DNA of 64,000 nt, taken from contig CALIJJ010000019.1 in NCBI GenBank assembly GCA_938017515.1, forward strand, positions 1,415-65,414, in the 5' to 3' direction. Shown piece by piece: positions 9,621-19,971 of this stretch. How positions within the stretch are numbered: position 1 is the first letter of the stretch; every line of letters begins with the position of its first letter. A program made the position numbers and the translations under genes. This DNA is from an uncultured Pseudanabaenaceae cyanobacterium. Its GTDB lineage: Bacteria; Cyanobacteriota; Cyanobacteriia; PCC-9006; JAAUQQ01. The notes under the pieces are model-generated. The model searched no databases. It was given only the letters and a program-made list of their open reading frames with translations, and was not told the DNA's origin.

Positions 9621-10343
9621 CTATTCCGTCTTGAGTACGGGGATGCCGTCCAACTGCAGCTGGATTTTCTGGTCGGGGTAGTCCGTCAGGGACACCGATA
9701 GAGAATCGACACCCTCCACGAGGGCCTTGGGAATACGAATGGTGCCAGAGAACGTGTCGCTGAGGGGCTGAAGTTCGCCGGGGAGATCTTCGGCTGTGGC
9801 GCTGAGGGCGCGATCGCGATTATCCGCGACATCCAGAAAGCTGTATAGAAAGCGGACAGGCTTGGTTCCTTCGTTACGCAAGTTGATGTCCAGCACAAAG
9901 GAGCCTTTTTCCGGTCTTGCCCCCGTGACTTCCATCAGGACGCCGCCATCTTTACTGACAATCGGAAAGCCCACCTGCTTCGAGCGGCTATCCTTCTCGT
10001 CATCCTTGTTGCCCTCGCTGGCTGTGGGGACGGGAATGGCAGGAGCGGGGGTTGCCTTTCCCTTGCTGGCTAAGCGCTCCTTCACCCGTTTCAGGACTTC
10101 TGCCTCTGACAGAAACGCGACTTCCTGTCCGGCTTCCACGTTGTCCTCTTCATCACTGCTGCTGGCGGTGCGGCTGCTCAGGCCAAAGTCGGGTTGGGTG
10201 ACCCCCTTCAGGGCCTCGCGACCCAGGGTCGCTCCCAAGGTCATGCCGACAATCCCGGCCACAATCATCAGGAACAACATTGCCAAGGTATAGACCAGAG
10301 ATGCGCGCAGGCGCATGGGGTTGGCGGATGCTTTTGCAGACAT
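9621..10343 (-). CDS. hypothetical membrane-anchored protein
   Basis: 240 aa. One N-terminal transmembrane helix, an acidic or Ser-rich linker and a C-terminal globular region. No family recognised. Confidence 0.45.
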   Translation of the reverse strand: MSAKASANPMRLRASLVYTLAMLFLMIVAGIVGMTLGATLGREALKGVTQPDFGLSSRTASSSDEEDNVEAGQEVAFLSEAEVLKRVKERLASKGKATPAPAIPVPTASEGNKDDEKDSRSKQVGFPIVSKDGGVLMEVTGARPEKGSFVLDINLRNEGTKPVRFLYSFLDVADNRDRALSATAEDLPGELQPLSDTFSGTIRIPKALVEGVDSLSVSLTDYPDQKIQLQLDGIPVLKTE

Positions 10344-10673
10344 CTGAGCTTCTTCCTTCTTCGTTGGGATGCGGGGAAAATAGGGGCGTTTGGGAGGTGG
10401 TTGCGGTCGCAGAGAAGACTCGCTTTGGCCTAGCTTATCTCATCTGAGGAAAGGCGATGCGTCTGGCAGAATCTGTGGGGATGTGGGGGGAGACCCGTGA
10501 GGAGAAGAAGCCCCCCAGGGGGCTGTCAGGCTATTGGCTCCAATGCCGGAGATCAGTAAGCTAATATAGAGGAGTAAGACTGAGTACCCGTAACTCTGAT
10601 GAATCCTTGATCGGCTAGCGTATCTGTTTGCGATCGCAGTCAAGCTTTTCAGAGGGGACAGTTCTTACGATGA

Positions 10674-10746
10674 CCAGGGTTGGCCGAGCGGTTTAGGCAG
10701 CGAACTCATAATTCGCCTCAGACAGGTTCAACTCCTGTACCCTGGA
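10674..10746 (+). tRNA. tRNA with anticodon CAU (elongator Met or lysidine-modified Ile2). Not an initiator: pair 1:72 is C:G and there is no triple G-C in the anticodon stem
   Basis: Cloverleaf read by hand. Acceptor stem ccagggt/accctgg (7 bp). Anticodon stem gcgaa/ttcgc with loop ctCATaa. T-arm acagg-ttcaact-cctgt. Total 73 nt with no encoded CCA, followed by a T-rich tract. Confidence 0.75.
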
Positions 10747-10925
10747 TTTCTATTTTTGTTGCATGAAGGCTTGCTGGGAGCCTGTCGCTCTGTCTGGTTG
10801 TCGTTTTTACGCCAGAGTCTTTGCGCCGGAGTTTTGCGCCGAATTCAGTTGCCCCATGATAAAGGAGAGGCTATCCGAGGCACCGTCGCCTCGAATAGCC
10901 TCTCTCCCCAAGGGGGCAGCCTGCT

Positions 10926-11372
10926 CTAGCGAATGGGAGAGCCAAAAACAAACTCGGTGCCGGTTCCCTGGTTGCTGTAGAGAGATGGCTCAACGAGCAA
11001 CGAGGTCTCAAAGGGGTTGGGCAGGTCGATCACGCGGATGGTCGGGTCGCTGGCAAATTGCTCCTGCTTGATGCGATTAACAACGGCATTGAAACGTTTG
11101 CCATCACGCTCAACATTGATTTCAGCATAGTTACCGCGGCGGAAAATGTTGCGACCTGTGCCAAAGGATTCGCGGATGCGGCGTACAGCTGTCTGATTGC
11201 CGTAGAAATCGCGCGAATCATTAAAGAACGCATCGGTGAGTGCGTCACGGGGGGCCGTGGTGTTAGGAATTTCCTGGGCTGATGCCACGGAAGGAGCCAG
11301 GGTCGCTCCTGCGGCAATGGTAAGCCCCACGATCAAGGATCTAATGTCTGCCTTCATGGGCCAACTCCTCAA
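10926..11372 (-). CDS. secreted hypothetical protein (signal peptide)
   Basis: 148 aa. N-terminal signal-like sequence LIVGLTIAAGATLAPSVASA followed by QE. The start could be the internal MKAD. Confidence 0.5.
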   Translation of the reverse strand: MRSWPMKADIRSLIVGLTIAAGATLAPSVASAQEIPNTTAPRDALTDAFFNDSRDFYGNQTAVRRIRESFGTGRNIFRRGNYAEINVERDGKRFNAVVNRIKQEQFASDPTIRVIDLPNPFETSLLVEPSLYSNQGTGTEFVFGSPIR

Positions 11373-11515
11373 GGTGATAATGAATTAAGGTCTCTGGCGA
11401 CAGGCACCCCGGGCATTCACCACTCAGGCAAGTCATCGCCCTGGGCTTCACCCGTTAGATGGGCCTGTTTTGGTATTCTTCCCGAAAGAATAAGCAATAC
11501 GGTAGCACTGAAAGC

Positions 11516-12127
11516 ATGACACGCAACCCTGAATCCACTCAGTGGTTAACCGAAGACCTCAAATCCCTGCGACAGCGACTGTTAGACCTACTTTGTGAGC
11601 TGGCCTATCGAGAGGGAGATTTTGTTTTGTCTTCGGGCCAACGCAGTACCTATTACATCAATGGTAAGCAGGTCACACTCCATCCCCAGGGGGCGGTGGC
11701 AGTGGGTCGGCTGTTGTTGGCGATGGTGGCTGAGGATGTGACGGCGATCGCGGGCCTCACCCTGGGGGCTGATCCAATGGTCACTGCCGTTAGTGTGGTG
11801 GGGGTTTACGAAGGCCGCACCCTGGCGCCCCTGATCATCCGCAAAGAAGCCAAAGGCCATGGCACCCAGGCCTATATCGAGGGCCTAACCCTGCCGGAGA
11901 AAAGTAAGGTGGTGGTGCTAGAAGATGTTGTCACGACGGGCCAATCGGCCTTGAAGGCGGTGGAGCGGCTTAGAGCGGCGGGCTACACCGTGGATGAAGT
12001 CATTTCCTTGGTCGATCGCCAGCAGGGGGGGGCTGAACTCTATGCCCAGCAAGGGCTTAAATTTCAGGCGCTTTTTGACATTGGTGACCTGCGCGATCGC
12101 TGGCGGGAACTGAATGCAGCCTCCTAA
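11516..12127 (+). CDS. pyrE: orotate phosphoribosyltransferase
   Basis: PRTase motif VVVLEDVVTTGQS and overall PyrE-like sequence. Start moved to the internal ATG at 11516, which gives about 203 aa. The ORF track starts at 11459. Confidence 0.8.
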   Translation: MTRNPESTQWLTEDLKSLRQRLLDLLCELAYREGDFVLSSGQRSTYYINGKQVTLHPQGAVAVGRLLLAMVAEDVTAIAGLTLGADPMVTAVSVVGVYEGRTLAPLIIRKEAKGHGTQAYIEGLTLPEKSKVVVLEDVVTTGQSALKAVERLRAAGYTVDEVISLVDRQQGGAELYAQQGLKFQALFDIGDLRDRWRELNAAS

Positions 12128-12741
12128 ATCTCCTGGCTTAGCTTTAGAACTGGCTTAGATTGAGAACAATGATTGCGACCAAACCTCCATCTCAGTTCCA
12201 CCTGAATCCGATGCAGGTTTGGTCATACGAGTCGCAATGTCGCCCATGTATTGGGCCAATCAGCTAGGTTGGAATGTCACCTAGATAGGGGAAATAAGGG
12301 CCAATGCTTCTCTCAAAGGACGATGTTTGATCGTAAAGAGTTCTGGAAGCCGCAGACTTAAAACTAAGTGAAAATACTTGATTAAAAGTCTTAAATAGGA
12401 CATTAGAGTAGTCGTCCTGGATTGACTTTGAAGCTGCCGTGAAGATTTGGTCATTGTTGCGCAGCCGATCATGATTTGTCCGACTTGGCAGGGGTTTGAG
12501 CCTCTTGGAGCTGAATTGATTCAATGCCAGTATCAATGGGGAATTGTCCTGAGTCTCTGGGCAATTCCCTGTAGTAAGAAGATGAGGGTTGCTTCAAGTC
12601 TCACCGCTACTCGTGATTCACGCATCAAAGTCAAGTTCTGAGTTCAGGCTTAGATTGAAGACATCAGCTTGATGCAGTGAATTCAACGCATCCGTTCCGT
12701 CCCAAGAAGCCGTTCTTCCCAGATGGGAGTGCACAAACGCC

Positions 12742-15330
12742 ATGGTCCAGGAGTTTCATCTATCCGTCACCCCCATCAGCGATGACGAAAACCGCTACTA
12801 CGTTCGAGTTGAACGGGTCGAGCAGGGCGTTCCCCTGGCTGAAGAGCAGGTTGTTTGGCCAGTGGAAGATTGGCTGGCTCAAGCTCGGCAAGTTTTTACT
12901 GATCCCCTATCCGAATTTTTTCAGAGTAGTCCGGAAGATCCCTACGAGGTGATTCCCGTAGACCCCCTCTCATCGGCTTCAGGGTCTCCTTCGGAACCCG
13001 CGCTGATTGCTCTCGGGCAGACGATGTATAACGCGCTGTTCCAGGGCACTGTGCGTGATAGCTGGGTGACCGCCCAAGGCGTCGCTCAAAACCGCCAGGA
13101 GCGGCTGCGGTTGCGGTTGGGCCTGAAGGGTGAGCGGTTGATGCGACTTCCCTGGGAAGTGCTCCATGCGGGCAACCGGCCCATTGCTGCAGCCACTGAC
13201 GTGGTCTTCTCTCGCTATCAGGGAAAGCTGAACACACTTTCCGCAGCGGGGGCCAGGTTTGCGGCCCAGCCATCGCTGCCGTCGTCTCTACACATCCTGA
13301 TGGTGTTGGCTGCACCGACTGACCAGGCCAACTTGGAGCTCAAGCGGGAGGCTTTGCAGCTCAAGGAAGAGCTTCAGCGTCATCGCAGCAGCGACAGTCA
13401 GGGGGCCTTGCCTGAGATTCAGCTCACGTTGCTGGAGCATCCCGGTCGAGAAGAATTGACTCAGATGCTGGAGCAGGCTCCCTATCAGGTCTTTCACTTT
13501 GCTGGCCACAGCAGTCCTGGGCCTTCCGGGGGGCGTTTGCACCTTGTCAACTCCCGCAATGGCTTGACGGAAAGCCTGAATGGAGATGACTTGGCCGGTT
13601 TGCTTGCCAATAACGGCATTCAGCTGGCGGTGCTGAATTCTTGCCTCGGTACCCAGGCATCCACCAGCAATGAGTTTGACCTTCAGGGGGAGCGAACGCT
13701 AGCGGAGGCACTGATCCGGCGTGGTATCCCTGGCGTTTTGGCGATGGCTGAGCGGATTCCGGATCAGGTTGCCCTGACATTGAGTCGGTTGTTCTATCGC
13801 AATCTCAAGTTTGGTCAACCCTTGGATTTGAGTCTGTGCCGGGCTCGTCAGGGCTTGATTTCGGCCTATGGTTCCAATCAGCTCTACTGGGCGTTGCCGA
13901 TTCTGTATCTCCACAGCGATTTTGGTGGGCGCTTGGTGCGTCCGACGCCGGGGTGGCAGGAGACGGGGCCGTTTCAGGAGGAGCCCCTGTTGGCTGGGAT
14001 GGATGCAGGAAATTATCGCGGTGGCGGGGCGGCGATCGCCATACCCACCGAGGAACTCGAGGATCCGTTTGCCATCCCAGGTGATGAACCACCGCTCTTT
14101 GACCCGCAAGACCCCCAGATGACCCACGCTGTGACGCGTCTGGAGCAAGATTTCATGGGAGAGGGCCTGGGTACCTCGCGTCCCTTGGTCGATCCGCTGG
14201 TCTTAGGAGGAGATGATGGCGCTGGAGGAGAAGGCGATGTTGGAAGAGCGGTGGCCTCTGGCGCGGCGGTGGCGGGTGGTGCTGCGATCGCCTCAAATGT
14301 CTCTGCCAACAGCTCGTCCCCTAGCCCCAGCGTTGCTAATGATTCAGCGGCTGTTCATTCCCAACAGCCTGCTGATCCTTCAGGGGGAGCATCCGCTGAT
14401 GGGCAGCTTCCCGCAGACCAGGCCAGCCCTGGCCGGATGGCTTGGCCGGCTGCACCGTCCCAGAAGCAAGCGGCATGGTTGATCGCTGGTGCCACGGGCT
14501 TTCTACTTTTGGCGGCGGGGATTTGGGGCATTGCCCAGAAGAACCGAGACCCTGTTCGCTCATTGGGGAGGGGCTCGCCGACAGAACTGACCAATCAGAC
14601 CACCGATGAGCTTCTCAATGAAGCTTTTATTGGTGTCGGGAACCAAGATCTAAACCAGTCCAATCAGGCCCTAGAAGCACTACTGGAGGAGGGGGCGTTA
14701 GGCAAGGCCACCAATGTGGTGGGTGGTTTTAGTCAATCCTTACTTGACCAGGCCTCTCCTGAAGATCGCCAGGAAGCGCAATTCTTGCGGGGACGTCTCA
14801 ATTGGCAGCAATTTGCTGGGGCGCAGGTCGCATTATTGGAGCCGACCTCTACCGATGCGGGAATTGCTCCTGATGGGGTGGATCCCCGAGAGTCGGAAGC
14901 TTACCTGTCTGATGCTCATTTGCAATGGCTAACTCTATTGGAAGAGTCCCCCGAAAATCTTCGCTATCGCAATGCCTATGCCCTATCGCTTTGGGCGAAG
15001 GGTCAAAAGAGTGACCTGCTGAAAGCTCGGGAGCTACTGCGGGAAAATCTTGAGCTGTTTTCGAAGCAATCTGCAACGAAAGACGAACAGCTAGAGACCT
15101 ATGCCAATTTGGCTTTGGTGGCGATGAAGTTGGCGAAGGCAGGTACGCCAGGAGAAAATACGGAACTCTGGGACGAGGCTGCAAATTTCTATCGGACTGT
15201 TATGGATGCTGATGCTCGGTCCTACAACCCAAAGATGCTCAATGGAAATTTTGAACGGTTTTGGATGTGGACGCCGCTAATGATCGAGGACTGGCAGGAG
15301 CTGAGTGGTGTTGTTGCGGGCGATCGCTAG
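12742..15330 (+). CDS. CHAT domain-containing protein with a central transmembrane helix and a TPR-like C-terminal region
   Basis: 862 aa. Caspase-like CHAT His and Cys blocks (VFHFAGHSS and LAVLNSCLG). Hydrophobic segment AAWLIAGATGFLLLAAGIWGIAQ. Helical repeat-like C-terminus. Confidence 0.7.
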   Translation: MVQEFHLSVTPISDDENRYYVRVERVEQGVPLAEEQVVWPVEDWLAQARQVFTDPLSEFFQSSPEDPYEVIPVDPLSSASGSPSEPALIALGQTMYNALFQGTVRDSWVTAQGVAQNRQERLRLRLGLKGERLMRLPWEVLHAGNRPIAAATDVVFSRYQGKLNTLSAAGARFAAQPSLPSSLHILMVLAAPTDQANLELKREALQLKEELQRHRSSDSQGALPEIQLTLLEHPGREELTQMLEQAPYQVFHFAGHSSPGPSGGRLHLVNSRNGLTESLNGDDLAGLLANNGIQLAVLNSCLGTQASTSNEFDLQGERTLAEALIRRGIPGVLAMAERIPDQVALTLSRLFYRNLKFGQPLDLSLCRARQGLISAYGSNQLYWALPILYLHSDFGGRLVRPTPGWQETGPFQEEPLLAGMDAGNYRGGGAAIAIPTEELEDPFAIPGDEPPLFDPQDPQMTHAVTRLEQDFMGEGLGTSRPLVDPLVLGGDDGAGGEGDVGRAVASGAAVAGGAAIASNVSANSSSPSPSVANDSAAVHSQQPADPSGGASADGQLPADQASPGRMAWPAAPSQKQAAWLIAGATGFLLLAAGIWGIAQKNRDPVRSLGRGSPTELTNQTTDELLNEAFIGVGNQDLNQSNQALEALLEEGALGKATNVVGGFSQSLLDQASPEDRQEAQFLRGRLNWQQFAGAQVALLEPTSTDAGIAPDGVDPRESEAYLSDAHLQWLTLLEESPENLRYRNAYALSLWAKGQKSDLLKARELLRENLELFSKQSATKDEQLETYANLALVAMKLAKAGTPGENTELWDEAANFYRTVMDADARSYNPKMLNGNFERFWMWTPLMIEDWQELSGVVAGDR

Positions 15331-15518
15331 GCCAAAATCGAAGAAAGCTAGGGCATTAGACGTCTGCCTCTTTCCTCGGTGGGGCCAAAGCTCCAGCGGA
15401 GCCTCGCCTCTAGTCTCCAGCCTGCCGATTCCGACAGCGGAATTGCTTCAGGATAGACAGGCTGGCCAGGGAACCCACCACCGTTCAGCCAAAGTATTTG
15501 CATTCACAGCATTTGCAT

Positions 15519-16493
15519 TTACAGAAGAGAGCCAATGGGTGCCTGCTGGCGCATATCTAGGTCGTTGAGCCATGCAGGGGCTGACGCTTGGGCTGGGGAT
15601 GCGGAATGGGGGGCGGGATTTGCAGGACGAACCACCGAGTTGGCTAAGGCTGGAATGACCGTTGTGCCAGAGTTTGGGTGAGGCTTCGTGCGTCGCCCTG
15701 GTTGGACCTGGGGGGTGACTCGGCCCACATGGGCGGTCATCACAACACCCTTGGGGGACTTTGCTCCAACTGCTTTCAAGCTGCCAAAGGGCGAGACAAC
15801 AGATGGCACCGCTGTTTTGTTGATGGCACTCATTGGGACTGCCCGTTTTGGACGCAGCTGGGATAAGTTCTGTTGGGAACCGAGACGAGGAGAGGACGGT
15901 ATGCTGGCTGGCTTGACGCTGAGAGGATGGGTCGATACCGCACTTTTATCGAGGCGTTCTCCCAAGGGTTTGCGTCGCTGTGGCCAAATCGGTAAATTTG
16001 GGGCGACCCGTGCTGTTGCGGTCAAGACCCCTCCCGCAGCCAAGGTTAACAGCAACAATCGAACGCCCTTTTCATGGGTTTGTTGAAGGAGCTGGGGTTG
16101 GAATTCAGCTGGGGAAACGATGGTTAAAGCGGTTGAGGCTTGGGAGGGGGTTGGTGTCGAAACGACCTCAATTCTGAGCGGTTTGCTGAGCTCTAGTAAA
16201 GCGTCTCCCATGGTCGAGATGCTTTTCTTTTGAATCGCTCCCGGTTTGAGTAGTGAGACTGGCGTGAGCTTCTGGCCTAGGTTGGGATTGGTCAACAGGC
16301 TAAAGGCGGCACCAGATACCAGACAAATCCCAGTGACCATACTCCCCATTAAAACCAGCTCAATACGATGACGACGGAGTTTATCGATGCTGGTGTTGAT
16401 GCTGCGATCAATGCCACTTCTATCAATGCCAAAAGACAAGAAATGGAGAGGAGGTAGAGCTGCACGCATAAGTTCCACTTTGACGCAAGTCAT
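15519..16493 (-). CDS. hypothetical Pro/Ser-rich membrane-associated protein
   Basis: 324 aa ORF with one hydrophobic helix (MVTGICLVSGAAFSLL) and a low-complexity Pro-rich tail. The start is uncertain. Confidence 0.35.
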   Translation of the reverse strand: MTCVKVELMRAALPPLHFLSFGIDRSGIDRSINTSIDKLRRHRIELVLMGSMVTGICLVSGAAFSLLTNPNLGQKLTPVSLLKPGAIQKKSISTMGDALLELSKPLRIEVVSTPTPSQASTALTIVSPAEFQPQLLQQTHEKGVRLLLLTLAAGGVLTATARVAPNLPIWPQRRKPLGERLDKSAVSTHPLSVKPASIPSSPRLGSQQNLSQLRPKRAVPMSAINKTAVPSVVSPFGSLKAVGAKSPKGVVMTAHVGRVTPQVQPGRRTKPHPNSGTTVIPALANSVVRPANPAPHSASPAQASAPAWLNDLDMRQQAPIGSLL

Positions 16494-16645
16494 AGATCGT
16501 TGGCATAAACGATATCACCTCATTGCGGATATGGGCAGGAATTTTTTGAGGGGTCGGAGCAAGGCTAAATCCCGTGATTTTTGAGAAAAATCATTGCAAA
16601 AGTTGGCTAAAAGCAGACGCAAGTATGCTAGTTTTATATAGCTAT

Positions 16646-16716
<71 letters not shown>

Positions 16717-16780
16717 TACAACTTTCTTGAAATCAATTGCGAGTCTTGGGTCGCCAGAGCACTGTGTCTACTGGTTTGCC

Positions 16781-17494
16781 CTAGTTGATATTTCGCTGTC
16801 CGAACGCCGTGGCGAGGTCGGGGCGGCCCGCTTCAATCAATGCCTTATCGCGTATGCGGCAGGAATCACAGGTACCGCAGGGCTCACTCTCGCCTTGGTA
16901 ACAAGACCAGGTTTCTGCGATCGGGACACCCAAGGCAAGGGCACGACATACGATGTCTTGTTTGGAATCGTGGATTAGTGGTGCAACCAACAGTGGCGTT
17001 CTCCCCTCAATACCTGCTTTGGAGGAGAGTGCTGCGAGGCTCTGATAGGCCGCTAGGTATTCCGGTCGGCAGTCGGGATAACCTGAGTAATCGACTGCAT
17101 TGATGCCAAGATAAATAGCGGCTGCCTGCTGGGATTCTGCAAGGGATAAGGCAAGGGCAATGAATACCGTGTTCCTACCGGGTACATAGGTGGAAGGAAT
17201 CACATCCGGTTCAACTCCGCCACTGGGAACGGGGCTGTTGAGATCCGTCAGGGAAGATCCTCCCCACTGATCCAAATTGACATCCACGACAAAATGAGCA
17301 CGAATTCCCAAATGCTCTGCGATCGCCTTTGCGGCCCTAAGCTCCCGAACATGCCGCTGGCCATAGCGAACCGAAAGGCCAATCACCTCGTAGCCATCCT
17401 GGCTGGCCTGTGCAGCTGCCGTCGCAGAGTCCAATCCCCCCGACAGTAGAACAACAGCCTTCTGGGGAGATTTCTCTGAATTACTTACTTTCAT
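16781..17494 (-). CDS. queC: 7-cyano-7-deazaguanine synthase
   Basis: Motif [11 protein letters not shown] plus the C-terminal Zn-binding CxxC cluster (CGTCDSC). Start placed at the internal ATG that gives MKVSNSEK...AVVLLSGG. The ORF track extends to a TTG at 17533. Confidence 0.8.
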   Translation of the reverse strand: MKVSNSEKSPQKAVVLLSGGLDSATAAAQASQDGYEVIGLSVRYGQRHVRELRAAKAIAEHLGIRAHFVVDVNLDQWGGSSLTDLNSPVPSGGVEPDVIPSTYVPGRNTVFIALALSLAESQQAAAIYLGINAVDYSGYPDCRPEYLAAYQSLAALSSKAGIEGRTPLLVAPLIHDSKQDIVCRALALGVPIAETWSCYQGESEPCGTCDSCRIRDKALIEAGRPDLATAFGQRNIN

Positions 17495-17565
17495 CTGAGT
17501 CTGCTCAGACGTGTCTGAGTTTTGCCGTGCCAAGTCAGACTACACTGATTTTGTAGGTGTTGTGC

Positions 17566-18216
17566 CTAATGAATCCCGATGTACTTGTGGGTTTGCAAAC
17601 TCATTCGCCACGTCGGATTGCTCAAAATATATTGATAGACAAGACGACTGCTTTTTGGGGTGTCCCACTCTGGCTGTAAACGTTTAGATACGCGTTCAGG
17701 CACTTTGGCTGCCTGCTCCTCGGCCCAATCCAAGTCTGTCTCGTCAGCCACGACAACTTTTAGCTCGTGAGCATGCTGGTAAACGCTGGGGTGGGGTGGC
17801 TTGGTTCGTTTTGGCGATAGGGTGACCCAGTCATAGGTGCCACTCATGGGATAAGCGCCGGACGTTTCCAGGTGAACATCCAGACCCTGACTCCGTAGTG
17901 CCGAAGTGAGGGGCGCAAGGTCATGCATGAGGGGCTCTCCGCCTGTGATGACGATGATCCGCGCCCTTGACGCCATGGCTTCTGCCGCCAGCTCAGTGAT
18001 GGAACGCTGAGCATGGCGAGAGGCACTCCAAGATTCCTTCGTGTCGCACCATGGGCAACCCACATTGCATCCCGCCAGGCGGATGAAAAAGGCATTACAT
18101 CCAGACCATTGGCCTTCACCTTGAATGGAATGGAAGGTCTCAACCACAGGAAGGGAGGTGGGTTGCGATGTCTCAGCAACCATAGATTTCTCTTGTCCTA
18201 ATCGTACAATCACCAT
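17566..18216 (-). CDS. queE: 7-carboxy-7-deazaguanine synthase (radical SAM)
   Basis: FHSIQGEG and a CxxxCxxC-like cluster (LAGCNVGCPWCDTKESW). Adjacent to queC and co-oriented with it. The true start may be the internal MVAET. Confidence 0.75.
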   Translation of the reverse strand: MVIVRLGQEKSMVAETSQPTSLPVVETFHSIQGEGQWSGCNAFFIRLAGCNVGCPWCDTKESWSASRHAQRSITELAAEAMASRARIIVITGGEPLMHDLAPLTSALRSQGLDVHLETSGAYPMSGTYDWVTLSPKRTKPPHPSVYQHAHELKVVVADETDLDWAEEQAAKVPERVSKRLQPEWDTPKSSRLVYQYILSNPTWRMSLQTHKYIGIH

Positions 18217-19142
18217 TCCTGATCAAGGTGCCCTGAGTAAACATTAATCGACTTGCCCAATACTAAAGCTCAACCTAGCCCCAGCTCACAAAGCTCAAGG
18301 TGAGCTCAAAGTGAAGTGAGTACCGGAACGGACAAGCTGCCTGGCCAATGAAGGCACGATTTCGGTAGCGATCTGCTCACCTCAACCGAGTCTAAAGATG
18401 CTGTACCGAACCCACGCTGTTCCCAATGAGAGAAACCAAATGGCTTGATAAGTTCGGGACGCAAACGTCGCAAGGCTCGACTCAATAGAACCCTACTGTA
18501 TTGAGAACTAGATAGACTGAATCACTTGGGGGTAAGTGATTCCCTTTGGGGAGAAGCAACTCAACTAAAAGTCATTGCTTCAGGCTTTCTATGTACCTAA
18601 TAATCTAGCCTATCATTCCCGAAACTCATAGTAATTCCTGAAGTTTTACTAGGCCTTAATTATTCCGTTGGGATGATGGGTGAAACCCCTCAATATTCTT
18701 CGGGGAATCGGTATATACGGGGCTTTTTGACGATCGATCCTGATGTAATTGATACACTGACTGGCCTGGGGCTTATCTGTTTTCTCGAGTAAAATTTGCT
18801 GCTATTGCAGCGGACTTATTATTGCCTTTTTGGGGGCGCGGAAAGCGACTTGGAAGAGGCTGAAGCCCCTCAGGAATTGCCTTGCTATGATCGCTCAATC
18901 TTATGTGTGAATTGGCTATTCCTCTATTTGTCTGAATTGGAGAAATGTTGATTGGAATAAAGTCTTATGAGTGAGAAAGGCTTGTCGGTGGCGTCAGGTT
19001 TAGAACGCTGAATTTTCTATTCATACTGAGACTGTCGTTGACGAGATGCTGAGGTTTTGGTGCAGCAAATCTGTCCAAGGCTGCCTAAGGCTTGGGGAGA
19101 GGAATATGCTGTCTCGGGCTACGATTTGGAGGGCAGACTCCA

Positions 19143-19961
19143 TCAAAGCTCCATCAAAGCTCCGTCATAGTGGCTAGTATCGTTGAAATAGAGAATTTTC
19201 CAGAGTTCTGTGTTCAGCTGATCTGACGGGTGATCTGGCGAGGGGCCTGGGCTACAACCATCCTGGTTGCGATGATGATTCCAGCGGGGAGCCTGTAGCT
19301 GGAACTCAAATAGCGCTGCTGGGGCTGTGGGAATGCCCCAGGTGCGATCGCTGCCCATGAGGGCCGCAATCAGATGATTCAAGATTCCTGCATGGCTGAT
19401 AATCCAGATGTGAGCAGTGTCTGGATTCTGAAGAATACAGTCTCGAATGAAATGATTGGCCCGGCGATGGATGGTTTGCGGGGACTCTGCTTCAGGAATG
19501 GGGTGCCAGTCTAGCTGAGTCGTGAGCGTCTGGCACAGGGCGGGGTAGCGTGCTTGAGCCTCTGGCCAGGTGAGGCCGGAAAAAATGCCTAGGTCAATTT
19601 CACTCAGTCGATCATCGTATTGGGGCTCCCAGGTCGCGTTGTTTTGCTTGAGGAGGCGGACTGTTTCACGGCTGCGCAGTAAGGGACTGGCGTAAACCTG
19701 GCTTGGAGCTGGTGTTTGGCTGAGGCGTTTGCCTAGGGCAATTACCTGTTGTTGTCCTAGGGGAGAGAGTTCGTGAATGCGGGCCTGGGAATTGCGGCTG
19801 GGGATTGCTGATGGGGTCTGTGTCTGTGCAAGGCTGCTCTGGTGGCGAGACTGCTCCGCATCCCGTTGTCCCTGCATTCGGCGATCGCGATTGGCCCAGG
19901 TTTCGCCGTGGCGCATGAGCAAGATCCGCATAATTGAAAGGCCTAGCAAAGGCAACAGCAA
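19143..19961 (-). CDS. histidine phosphatase family protein (phosphoglycerate-mutase-like) with a low-complexity insertion
   Basis: The RHGETWAN catalytic motif directly follows the MRILLM start. A Gln/Ser-rich insertion comes before the second half of the fold. Confidence 0.65.
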   Translation of the reverse strand: MLLPLLGLSIMRILLMRHGETWANRDRRMQGQRDAEQSRHQSSLAQTQTPSAIPSRNSQARIHELSPLGQQQVIALGKRLSQTPAPSQVYASPLLRSRETVRLLKQNNATWEPQYDDRLSEIDLGIFSGLTWPEAQARYPALCQTLTTQLDWHPIPEAESPQTIHRRANHFIRDCILQNPDTAHIWIISHAGILNHLIAALMGSDRTWGIPTAPAALFEFQLQAPRWNHHRNQDGCSPGPSPDHPSDQLNTELWKILYFNDTSHYDGALMEL

Positions 19962-19971
19962 GGGGTAGAGA

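Noticed and set aside
13288-14594. Multiple small ORFs on both strands inside the CHAT gene
   Set aside because: All are embedded in or antisense to the long CHAT ORF. Their Pro/Arg/Ala-rich compositions are typical of off-frame translation of GC-rich DNA.
18217-18300. Possible preQ1 riboswitch upstream of queE
   Set aside because: I looked for the preQ1-I core (ctacaccc...aaaaaacta) on the minus strand and did not find it.
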